Part shown: in pieces, positions 12,014 to 24,400 of the stretch
How positions within the stretch are numbered: the stretch's first letter is position 1
How the letters are laid out: every line of letters begins with the position of its first letter
From: Callorhinchus milii
Taxonomy: Eukaryota
Assembly: GCF_018977255.1 (NCBI RefSeq)
Contig: NW_024704771.1
Coordinates: 3,472,001 to 3,536,000 of the forward strand
Direction of reading: 5' to 3'
DNA: 64,000 bases
The notes under the pieces: generated by a model
The model's database searches: none
What the model saw: the letters and a program-made list of their open reading frames with translations, nothing else
What the model was told of the DNA's origin: nothing
Program-made: the position numbers and the translations under genes

Positions 12014-12413
12014 GATGTCGGTTGTGGGGAAAATACTGGAATCCATTATCAGGGACAGAGTGACTGAACACTTGGACAGGTATGAGCTCATCAAGGAGAG
12101 TTTGTGAAGGGTAGGTCGTGTCTGACTAATCTAGTAGAAGTTTTTGAGGTGATCACTAAAATGGTGGATAAGAGCGTGTCTATCTATGGATGTCAGTTAT
12201 GTGGCCTTTGAGAAGGCATTTGACAAGGTTCCACACAAAAAATTATTAGCGAAAATGGAAGCACATGGAGTTGGAGATAACCTTGTGATGTAGCTTGGTA
12301 TTTGGTTGGGAGGCAGGAAACAGAGAGCAGGGGGTAAAAGAAACATTCTCTGATTAGCGGGAAATGACAAGTAGTGTCCCCCAGGGGTCTGTACTGGGAC
12401 CTCAGCTATTCAC

Positions 12414-12466
<53 letters not shown>

Positions 12467-13428
12467 GACTTGGATGAAGGAATAGAAAGTTTTATATCCA
12501 AGTTTGCAGGTGCCACTAAGCTAGGAGGCTCAGTAAATGATGTATATGGGAGTAGGAAATTACAAAGAGACTTAAATAGATTAAGTGAGTGGGCAAAGCT
12601 GTGGTAGATGGAGTTCAAGTGCGAGGTCATCCACTATGGACTGAAAAACAAAAAAGGGGGAATATTTTCTTAATGGTGAGATATTAAGAACTGTGGAGGA
12701 GCAAAGAGATTTGGGTGTCCAAATCCACAAATCTCTAAAAACTAGTGCCCAGGTGCAAAAAGCAATCAAAAAGGCGAAAGGAATGTTGGCCTTTATCTCA
12801 AGCAGACAGTAATACAAAGGGGAAGAAACAATGCTTTAGCTCATAAAGCGTCAGTCAGACTCTATCGGGAGACTGTGTTCAGTTTTGGGCACGACACCTC
12901 AGGAAATTGGCACTGGAGGGAGTGCAGTGCAGGTTCACCAGAATGTTGCCAGGACTAAAAGGGTTAAGTTACGAGGAAAGGCTTTGTAAACTTGGATTGT
13001 ATTCCCATGAGTTTAGAAGATTGAGAGGTGGTTTAATTGAAGTATTTAATGTGATAAAGGGATTTGATAGGGTAAATACAGAGAAGCTTATTTCCTCTGG
13101 TGGAAATATATTTTACCAAAATAAAGGGGTATAGTCTTAAAATTAGAACCAGGCCATTTATGAGTGAAATCAGAAACATTTTTTCACTCAAAGGGTGGTG
13201 GAAATCTGGAATTCTCTCCCAAAAAGGCTGTAGATGCTGGATACATCCACACCTTCAAAAGTGAGGTTGGTAGATTTTTGTTAGGTCAGGATATTAAGGG
13301 ATATGGGGAGAAAGCGGGAAATTGGAATTGAAAGGATTAGTTGAGGTACAGATCAGCCATGATCTATTTAAATGATGGATCAGGACCAAAGTGCTAAATA
13401 GCCTTCTGTGTTCCAATGTTCCTATGTA
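12014..13428 (+). mobile_element. CR1 LINE, 5'-truncated degenerate RT and 3' end
   Basis: [17 protein letters not shown] and ISKFAG-like motifs broken by stops and frameshifts; internal (TA)n. Confidence 0.85.
12425..12462. repeat. (TA)n microsatellite
   Basis: Seen directly. Confidence 0.95.
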
Positions 13429-13946
13429 ATATATAATAATAATCCTTGCATTTGATATAGCGCTTTTCACGTCGGGAGGACGTCCCAAAGCGCTTCACAG
13501 AATATACTGTAAAGTGAATTGACTGTATATTTGTGGGCGAACGCGGCAGCCAATTGTGCACAGCAATGTCCCACAAACAGTTGTAGATTGAAAATGACCA
13601 ATTTATTATTGTTTTGGGTTTTTGGAGGGATTATTATTAGGCTCTGTGTGGAGTAAGGAAACTTGCCCAAGGTTTCGCCCTGCCTGGAATATAATATTAT
13701 CCTTGCATTTGATATAGCACCTTGTTGTGTCTCAAAGCCCTTGAAAGAATATGTTGTGAATAATAATAAATAATATTGTATAATAAATATATTGTAAAGT
13801 GGATTGACTTTGTGTTTTATGCGTGAAATAGTCACAAAGAAAAATAGAAATTGATTTTTCTTATAGTCTTGGGACGTCCTCCTAATGTGAAAGGCATTAA
13901 ATGTAAATTTCTATCATAATATCAAATGTATAGTAAGATTCCATAC

Positions 13947-13980
13947 CTGTACTTTTTGATGGGGTGTTTCAATTTCTGCA
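13947..13980 (-). CDS. Candidate gene B cytoplasmic-tail micro-exon
   Basis: tttacag|..ACAG|GTATGG, 34 nt; read in phase 1 it gives LQKLKHPIKKY(R). No paralog confirmation. Confidence 0.4.
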
Positions 13981-14239
13981 CTGTAAATAGAATACACAAG
14001 CATTATTTTAGCAAACTCAGCGTTTATTCAAATTACACATTGAAAGCTCGCATAGTTTCTGAAATGCCATAAAGCATTGGGATCTAACATGCACAAGGCA
14101 AATGGGATTCTGGGCTTTAAACCAGGGTATAGCACTGAATATAATAGCAAATACATTATGATGGAACTGTAAAGAAGATTGGTTGGGCTACAGTTCAAAT
14201 ATTGTGGTACCCACAAACTGGTTCTCGGTACTTGATACC

Positions 14240-17200
14240 GGGGAGGACGGCTCTGGCGAGAAGAGTCAAAAGGTAATGGATGTTCAGGGAGATAAGGGAG
14301 AAAATGCCAATGCCAATTATCGGGGATACAACAGTTAAAGGGATAGGCAGGTGTTTCTGCCACAAAAGACAGGGCTCGTGCCTGGTATGCTGCCTCCCTG
14401 GGGCCAGGGTGCATGATGTCATGGAATGGGTGCAAAATATACTACAGGGGAAAAGGGAAGATCCAAGAGTTGTGGTCCATGTCAGGATCCATGATGTAGG
14501 TGATAAAAGGGCTGAGACCCTACAGGGAGAATATCAGAAGCTTGGGAAACCCCACAGGGAGAGTATCAGAAGCTTGGGAAACCCCACAGGGAGAGTATCA
14601 GAAGCTTGGGAAACCCCACAGGGAGAGTATCAGAAGCTTGGGAAACCCCACAGGGAGAGTATCAGAAGCTTGGGAAACCCCACAGGGAGAGTATCAGAAG
14701 CTTGGGAAACCCCACAGGGAGAGTATCAGAAGCTTGCGAAACCCCACAGGGAGAGTATCAGAAGCTTGGGAAACCCCACAGGGAGAATATCAGAAGCTTG
14801 GGAAACCCCACAGGGAGAATATCAGAAGCTTGGGAAGAAGCTAAGGAGCAGGATCTCAATGGTGGTGATCTCAGGATTACTCCCAATGCTTTATGCAAGT
14901 GAATACTAAACCGGGAGGATCAAACACATGAATGCCTGGCTGGACAAATGGTGCAGGAAGGAGGGCTTCAGGTTTCTAAACCACCTGGGACCACTTCTGG
15001 GGCAGATGGGACCTGTACACAAGGGATAGGTTACACCTGAGCAAGGCTGGGACCAATGCCATTGCAACAAGGATAACAAATTCTGTGGGGAAGCGTTTAA
15101 ACTGATTTTGAGGGATGATGGGGATCAGAATGTAGCATCAGGGAGGGGAAACGAGTTACATAGTGGACAAGGAGAGAAAAATAGAAATGAAACAAGGAAT
15201 AGCCCAGCAAAAAGTGTAAAGAGACGGGAGAGAAATGTAGAACTGATTAAGCCGGTATCAGAGTGCATGTATGGAGCGTGACCAATGAGCTTGGTTAGCT
15301 ACAGACTCAAGATGCTACATGGGACTTTGATGTAGTGGCAATTACGGAGCCTTGGCTCAAGCAAGGACAGGAATGGGAGCTGAATATTCCTGGCTACAGC
15401 CTATTCAAGAGGGAAAGAGAAGGGAAAAAAGGAGGAGGGATGGCAATACTGATTAGGGACATGGTCACGCGGTCCTGGAAAAGTACGATGTGTTAGATTC
15501 AGGTTTTGGACCCTCTATTTGGTTAGAGTTACGGAGCAGAAAAGGAGCTGTAAATTCTGTTAGGTATTTACTATAGACCTCCAAATAGTGGGAAGGAAAT
15601 AGATGAGCAAATCTTCAAGTAGATTTTGGAGAGATGCTAAACCAAAAGAATAGTGATAATGGGAGTTATCAATTATCCTAACATAGACTAGGAAACACAC
15701 AGTGTAAAGGGCAAGGAAGGGGAAGAATTGCCTGAATGTGTGCAGGAGAACTTTCTGGATCAGCACGTTTCCAGCTCAACGAGAAAGGAAGCAGTGCTGG
15801 ATTTAGTTCTGGGAAATGAAGTGGGGAAAGTGGAGCAGGTTTCAGTAGGAGAGCATCTGGATAACACTGATCACAATATCATTAGGTTTAGAATAGTTAT
15901 GGAAAAGGACAACAATCAATCAATCAACTGGAAGTGGGCTAATTTCAGTGAGCTAAGAAGGGACCTGGCCAAGATAGACAGCAAACGAACAATGGGAAGC
16001 CTTCAAGGAGGAGATAGTTCGGGCACAGAGCAAATACGTTCCCACAAAGGGGAAAGGTAGGACAGTCAAACCTCCCTGGATGACTAAGGAAATTGGGATT
16101 AAAATAAAGCAGAAAGAGGAGGCTCATGACATTTCAGGTCCAAAACACATAGGATAATCAAATAGAATATAGGAAGTACAGAGGAGAAGTGAAAAGGGAA
16201 ATAAGAAGGGCGAAGAGATTGTACGAGAAAAGATTAGCAGCAAACATAAAAGGGAACCCTAAGGTATTTATAAGCATATCAAGAGTTGGTCAAAGGTAAG
16301 GTGGGTCAAATTAGGGAACTAAGTGGAAATCTTCTTGTTGAGGCAGAGGGCATGGCTGATGTACTAAATAAGTACTTTGCAACTGTCTTCACAAAAGACG
16401 ATGCAACCAATGCCAAAAATCGCAGGCGTGTGAACAGAAATTGGATATGATAAAAATCAACAGGTGACCAACATAGATAAGTCACCTGGTCCGGACGGGA
16501 TGCATCCCAGGTTACTGAGGGAAGCAAGGGTGGAAATAGCGGAGGTTCTGGTCACAATCTTTCAATCCTCTTTGGACACTGGAGTGGTGCCAGAGGACTG
16601 GAAGGTTGGAAATGTTACTCCCCTGTACAAAAAGGGGCAGAAGGATAAACCCGAGAACTACCGGCCAATCAGCCTAATATCAGTAGTTATGGTTTAATAA
16701 AAGACAGTCAATACGGATTTGTTAAAGGCAGATCGCGTCTGACAAACCTAACTGAATTTTTTGATGAAGTGACTGAGAGGGTGGATGAAGGTAGTGCAGT
16801 AGATGTAGTTTATCTGGATTTTCAAAAGGCATTTGACAAAGTGCCACATATGAGACTTTTAAACAAAATAGAAGCCCACAGTATTAAAGGGACTGTGGCA
16901 ACATGGATCCAGAGCTGGGGCTGGGAGAGAAAGCAGAGAGTGGTAGTAAACGGTTGCTTTTCTGGCTGAGGGATACCACTCCACACCTCCCTTCTGACTG
17001 GAGGGAGGTGTGTAGTGGTGTCCCTCAGTGGTCAGTGTTGGGACCACTGCTCTTTCTGATCTATATCAATGATCTGGACCTGGATATAGGGAGCACTATT
17101 TCCAAATTTGCAGATGACACTAAGCTAGGAAAAGTAGTTAATGGTGAGGAGGATAGCACCAGACTACAAGAGGACTGAGACAGATTGGTAAAATGGGCAG

Positions 17201-17992
17201 AAATGTGGCAGATGAGATTTAATGTGGAGAAATGCGAAGTGTTGCATTTTGGTAGGAAGAATGAAGAGAGGCAGTATCAGCTGATGGTACAATCTTAAGG
17301 GGGCAAATGAACAGAGAGACCTGGGGGTCCACATAAGCAAATCTTTGAAGGTGGCAGGACAGGTAGTTAAAGCTGTTAAAAAATACGGGATACTAGGTTT
17401 TATAAATAGGGGCATAGAATTCAAAAGTCAGCAGGTTATGTTGAATATTTATAAAATGCTGGTTAGGCCTCAGTTGTAGTACTGCGTTCAGTTCAGGGCA
17501 CCGCACTTCAGGAAAGATATTAGAGCATTGGAGAGGGTGCAAAGGAGAGTTACCAGGATGGTACCAGGAATGAAGGACCTTAGTTATAAGGAGGTTAGCG
17601 AAACTAGGATTATTCTCCCAGGAGCAGAGAAGATTAAGAGGGAATTTAATGGAGGTTTTCAAGATCATGAGATGATTTTGGGGAAAAACTGTTTCCATCG
17701 GCACGTGGGTCATCCAAGGACACCAATTTAGGATAGTTGTTAAAAGAAACAGAGGGGAGGTTACGAAAAAAAATTCACCCAGCGAGTTGTTGGGAATGCA
17801 TTACCTGAAAGGGTAATGGAAGTTGTTTCAACAACAACTTTTAAGAGAGAAGTAGATGGGTATTTGGGGAGGACAGGATTGCAGGACAATGGAAAAAATG
17901 CAGTCCAGTGGGATTGAGTTTGCTCTTTTAGGATCTGGCACAGATGTGATGGGCCGAATGGCCTCTTTCTGTGCTATATGATTCTATGATTA
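14240..17992 (+). mobile_element. Near full-length degenerate CR1 LINE (ORF1 esterase, APE endonuclease, RT)
   Basis: IIGD..CCLPGARV..VVVHV..VVISGLLP (ORF1), LDLVLGNE (endonuclease), [30 protein letters not shown]; attctatgatt tail. Confidence 0.9.
14522..14835. repeat. 32-bp minisatellite, about 10 units, inside CR1 ORF1
   Basis: acagggagagtatcagaagcttgggaaacccc starts at 14522, 14554, 14586 ... 14810. Confidence 0.95.
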
Positions 17993-18328
17993 CAAGAAGG
18001 GTGACATAATAATAATTTAATAATCCTTGCACATGAGATTGTGCCTTATCATGTCAGAAGGATGTCTCAAAGCACTTCACAGGAATTACTGTGATGTGGA
18101 GTGACCATATATTTGTAGGCAAATATGGCAGCACAATTGCGCACAGCAATGTCCCACAAACAGTCATGGATTGAGTGATCCAATTATTATTTCATCAGTG
18201 AAATAGAATAAGTATTTGAACAAAATTCGAACAAATATTAAGGCAGTGAAAAACATATTTTATATATAATGCCTGGTTCAGCTCATAACCAATGTGAAGA
18301 TATATATATCTGAATGATTATTACTTAC

Positions 18329-18436
18329 AGAATTTTCCTAATAAGAGTAAAATTATTCCAACAGCAACGAAATAGACCATCACTGCAATTGTGACTTTTA
18401 TTGACAGCTCACTATATGGGACGCTGCACAATGTCA
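18329..18436 (-). CDS. Gene B TM exon 4
   Basis: tccacag|..TTCT|GTAAGT, 108 nt; [36 protein letters not shown]. Confidence 0.85.
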
Positions 18437-21400
18437 CTGTGGATAGAAATATGAGAGCCTGAATTAATAGTGATAATCCTTGCATTTGAGACATCTCAAA
18501 ACGCTTCACAGAATATAGTGACATGCGATCTTTAAAGGCCACCACAGTGTAAGACAACACTTGTTTCACACCACAGTAAGAGTCAGCACTGACAAAATTC
18601 AGCACACATTTAATAATAACAATCTTTGCACTTGATATAAGAACATAATATAAGAATTTGCTAGGCAGAAAAAGACCAAAGTCCATCTTCTTCATCTTCC
18701 ACCAGTTTGTCTCAAAGCAGTTCACACAATGACGTGTTGTTGTGACTGTGTATTTTGTGGGAAAATCGCGTCAGCCAATTGCACACAGCAGTGTGTCACA
18801 AACAGTTGTGGATTGAGCGACCAAATAATTTTTTTTTTGGAAAGATCGACTAACAACAGGGTTCCTAATTACTGTTAGGTAAACAGAGGCATGTGAAGCA
18901 AGGAATCTTTCCTAAACTTTCAGCCCGCCCTGGAATTGGACCCGGGTCCTCTCCCTTGCGAGGTGAGTGCGCTAACCTGTATGCTACAGGAATATCAATC
19001 AAGGTACAAACCAAGCCCCTGAAATTTTAAATCATTTGAAATACAAACAGAAGTATAACTGATGATCACTTTCGACTTTTTTAACTTTATTTTGAAATAC
19101 TCACTGTTTGTATGCGCTGCATAAAGCGGGACACATGAAATCAATATAGCAAATATTCCATATCCAATAAAAATATTACGATGCTCTGCAAGGGAATAAA
19201 ATTTGAACAAAAAAATAGAGAAGTTTACTCGTGCACTCGAGTATAGGGTGACCAAAAAGATGTGATAATAATAATAATAATCCTTGCATTTGATGTAGCA
19301 CTTTTCATGTCTTCTAGACGTCTCAAAGAGCTTCACAGAATATACTGTAAAGTGAATTGACTGTATATTTGTGGGCAAAATGCAGCAGCCAAATTACGCA
19401 CAGCAAATCACAAAGAGTCATGGATTGAAGTGACCAATCTATTATTGTTTTTTTTCTTGAGGGATTATTATCAGGCGTGTGGAGTAAGGAAACTTGCCCA
19501 AGGTTTCGCCCTGCTGGGAATCGAACCCAGGCCTCTCGCTTGAGAGGAGAGTGCTCTAACCACTGAGCTACAGGACTCCACATACAATTACAATGTCTAC
19601 TAAGTCTTAAAGAAATGTTATCATCATAGAATCATATAGCACAGAAGGAGACCATTCGGTTCATTGTGTCTGTGCCAGAGGTGAAAAGAGGTGTCCAAAT
19701 CAATCCCATACCCCTACTCCCTCCCCATAGCCCTAAAAAGCTGACCACACACACACACATATTGGATAATAGGGAAGTTATGACTTTTTGGTCACATTGT
19801 AGTTACTCTGCTTCTATGATTCTGTCAACCATTCAGCATTTATTAATATGCATTTCGTTACCCACCCCACCTGGGATTCAAACCTGGGTCCTCTTGCTTG
19901 CAAGGTGAAATCGATAACCACAACATGACAGGACTCCTTAACCAGAATATACAGAGATAGTATTGTTTTAACTTACTTGACATAACTAAAAATGACACTG
20001 GTAGATCTTTCTTAGAATGCAGGAAACAGTAGGCAACGTAGCTAAACATTAGTAAAACCATGAGCATTGTGACTCCTGAGATAATCCTGTATTCCAAATG
20101 AAATCCTAAAAAGAAAGGGCAATGTGAAGATTGTGGTGAAATGGAAAGAATGCTAAACTGCAATCATCTGAAAATATACTACAAGATTCATACCTATGCT
20201 CATCAAAACAATTTATCTTAAAATATTAAATTGCTACAATTTCTAAGCATTTTACATGCACGATACATATATGGAGACACAGAAAATATATTTGAAAGGG
20301 ATTCCTTTGTGGGTGTAAAATCCATAGAATTTTGCAAAATTTCTGGAAATCTCCCTACTTCAGGTGAAATGCAGGGGGTGAACCTGGATTGAATCCTGTA
20401 ATTCCAGTTTTCATGTTTTACATGACTTCCACTACCAAATTATTTTGTTGATAACAAGTGCCCAGAATTTCAAGGAGGAAGATGAACAACGCAAGCCAGG
20501 GGTGGGATACTGGGCTTTGTAACAAATAATGTTAGATATAAAAGTAAGCGAATGCCACTGCTGGTAAATCAGAATTTGGTCAGACCTCAATTGGACTATA
20601 TTCAAGTTTGGACACTTAATTTTAGAAAGGATGTACTGTAATGAGAGAACTACTATTGCAAGCAATAGTAAAGACTATACAGCTACGTGAAGATTGAGAA
20701 TAATAATTATACAATAATCCTTGCATTTGATATAGCACCTTATCACGTCATTGAGACGTCTCAAAGCGCTTCACAGAATATACTGTAAAATGGATTAACT
20801 GTATATTTTGTGAGGAGTGAGGAAGGGGAGAGGAGTTAATGGAGACAAAGGTGGGTTAATGAATCGAAAGAACTTTCTTACAGAATCATAACATTTTACA
20901 GCATAGAAGGAGACCATTCGCCCACTGTGTCTGTGTAGGCTCTTTGAAAGAGCTATCCAACTAGTTCCACTAGCCCGCTCTTACCCCATAGTCCTGTAAT
21001 TCTTTTGTTTTGAAGTACATATCCAATTCCCATTTGAAAGCTATTATCAAATCTACTTCCACCACCCTTTCAGGCAGTGTTTTATCTTAACTGTACACCC
21101 CTTTGCCCTTCCCCCCAACTCCTGCCTACTAGACATGTGCAGGTGAAAAGGAGTTATTGCCTGCCTACAAAAGAATCATTCTTTCGTAAAATCTCATATG
21201 GTGTCTGATGATGATAGAAGTTTTGTGTTTTTCCTCAATTGTAAATAAATTGCCCATAGCCTTTGACATAACTTTCAAAAGAGAATTGGGCAAGTAATTA
21301 TGAAGGGAAAATGTGCAGGGCTGTGGGGTAAGAGTGGAACTAGTTGGACAGCTCTTTCAAAGAGCTGGCACAAGCACGATGGGCTGAATGGCCTCCTTCT

Positions 21401-24400
21401 GTGCCATTCTATGACACACTCTGAAAGGCAGAAAAGTAACAAGGCACAAGTTACAATTTTGTAGGAATCATAAATGTTGCTTGTGGGAACTATTGCTCAT
21501 CCATCAGTAGAGATGAAAGCATGGAGAAAAAATAATAATAATTTGATAGAGAGTGAGAAAGCACCTTATCACATTGAAATGGTTCAAAGCGCTTCACACA
21601 TGCACTGAGTACTAATGCTAGTGATCTTTTTGTTACCTGTTTATCACGGAGAATCCAGTATAAAACTAACTGGAACAAAAAGATAACTAAGGTTAGTAAT
21701 CAATGTGTAATAGATCCCAACGGGTTACATGGAAGTGTAGTAACTGTTGTTATTGGCAAAAGACCACAATATATATCAATAATTGCTTTTCCGGGGGTAA
21801 TAATCCCTTCTTTTTTTAAAAAAATTAATAATAATTTGGTCACTAAATCCATGACTGTTTGTGGGACAATGCTGTGTGCAATTAGCTGCCGCATTTCACC
21901 CACAAAATACACAAGTCAATTCACTTTACATTATATTCTGTGAAGCGTTTTGAGACGTCTCACTGACGTGATAGGGGGCTGTATCATATGCAAGGATGAT
22001 GATTATCATTATTAATAATAACTTACATGGGCCAGCAAAGTCCAACAAAGAGCAACAACAATTTTTTTTAAGGAGACTAGGATGAGAAAGGAATATATAG
22101 CTCATACTCAAGAAGAACGCTCTACTTTTTTGTTGGTCCGACGGGTGTCTGACACATGTGGAAGCCCAGAGATAGATTGGTGGAATAGAATGTGCACTCT
22201 CGCCCTGGAGGGTCACATCCTGCTTTTCTAAGTCTGGAAACTATTAGGCGCAGGTTGGCAAGAGGGGATCCCAGATTAATTAATCAACTTATATCAATAA
22301 CAATTAATTATTTCATATCAATGACAATTAACTTATCATATCAATAACAATTAATTAATTTATCACATCAATAATAATTAATTAACTTATATCAATACAC
22401 AATAGCCGGACTTGACGTATGATTATATTTAATAGTGCTGTAAGATTCTATGCGATCTTGAATATGGTTCATGCAGAGCTCAACTTTGTTTCTAGAGTGT
22501 CTGTGGATTGCTGAGTTTTGTATGCTTTTGCTTGACACAAATTGGTGATGAAAGGAAACAAGATGGTTTAACTTGGAATAAGTTAGATAAGTTTGAAATT
22601 CACATATCTATAAAACAATGCATCCAAACACATTCTGTGAAGTCGATCACTGCAAGATGTGCAAATCTTGAAATCAGATGCTGGCATTGATAGAAGTTGT
22701 TGATAATCTACCAGGAATGTATTCAAATAAACCAAGGACAGCAGCAGATTCAATGGGCATTATTCAACACCATACACTCTGGGAGCAAATTCATTATTGT
22801 GGGCGCATTCTGAGACGCTACCCCGTGTGAAGGGCGCTATATAAATGCAAGTTGTTGTTGTAAAACCCACCTCTGCTCTAGGTGGTAAGTTGCATAAATT
22901 TGTTCATATCCAGTTAGAAATAACTGTAACAGCAAATGGGATAATATACCTTTACAATGATAGCGAACTAGTAGTTAAATCACATAACTACTGTTTGTGA
23001 AACTTGCTTGAATGGCACAGAATAGTGTTTATTCCACAATGGCCGAATTTGTTCCCTGGAGGCGTGGAGAGGAATAATCACCAAAGAACTCATTTTGGAA
23101 AAGTAAAACAATTTCCGAAACTAGAATCAAATGTGCCTAAAACAGTCACTACACTTGACAGTAATTACCTGTGAAGCGCTTTGAGATGTTGTGACGTAAT
23201 AAGGCGTTATAAAAATGCAAGTTCTCTCTTTCTTCTAAATTTCGAATATTTCCGGTTGTATGGTTCAGCTACTCACTGGATAAACTCTCTGAGCCATCGG
23301 GGAGCTCTTAAGAAGACATGTTAATGTGAAAAGTGTAGAAGTTGATATAGACATGAACTACAGTGGCAGTAACTTTAGCCGGATGCTGATTAACCCTGGA
23401 CACCAGGTTGTATTCTCACCCGTTTTAAATATGCTGGTAATTTAGACAAAACATCCAGTTAATCCGAGCAAAATGCTGCGCTGGTCATTGCTACGTCAGC
23501 TTACTCGCCTCGACTGTCTCCGGGAGGGAGATGAGAGGAGTGAAATTGTGATTGACTGACAGCGGAACCAGCCATTTACAAGTGGCTTAAAGGTGTCAAT
23601 CGGTAGCGGAACAGGGAAGAAACAAGGGAGGAAATGGAAGGAGTCACATCGTTATTGATTGACAGTTGAATCGCTTGTGATTGAGTGGAGTGCCCATTCC
23701 AGGCTATCAATCATCTCGGAGCTGCCATGAATTGGTCCCCTTCCTGTCCAATGGGTGGGAGGAGCCGCTTGTCTGCTGGGCGGGAAGAAGTAATGGTACT
23801 TTGTTTAACCTCGGACGTGGCTTAAACCGGACAAAACGACCATCCCAATGTGTGTCCGGCTTAAGCTGCTTCCACTGTATATACATTAGCTAAACAGCAT
23901 GGAAAAATGACTTTTGTATTAAAATGCAACTTTAATACAAAGAAAGCTACACTTACCTTTGTCTAATATACCCAAAAGAGATCCAATCAACTGACAAGTC
24001 AGGGATAGCAATTGAAAGAGCACACAAATAGCACTGAGTTGCGCCTGATGCTTGGAAGCTACCAACACAACAAATGAAATGATTTCAACAGAATATCAGT
24101 GTATGAGGACGTCTGAATTTTTAATTTTTTTTAAAAAAAATTGCTTCAAATCTTTTAAATTGTCTATGAACTTGTAATGTAATGATCTTCACAAAAATGT
24201 ACCTTTAAATTTCTTCAAGGCATAGAAGATTATCAACAGTATTGAAGCAAAGGACATTACAGTACTAATCAGTGAAATGACAGCAGCCATCAGTGAATTT
24301 TGGTGAGCATACAGAATACCTAAAACAGAAAACTAACGTAAATTTTCTCTACTTTACGTAAATCATTCAGAATTCTGCGGCTTGTGACCTCTCCCTCACC

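Noticed and set aside
14522-14835. CRISPR-like regular repeats (also the promoter arrays)
   Set aside because: No unique spacers; pure tandem repeats in a vertebrate context.
18437-18600. Apparent in-frame exonised SINE and conserved LSTV peptide upstream of gene B TM exon 4
   Set aside because: The conserved LSTV is the translated acceptor (tccacag). The paralogous frame has stops in A and C, and the tccacag site gives 108 nt in correct phase in all four genes.
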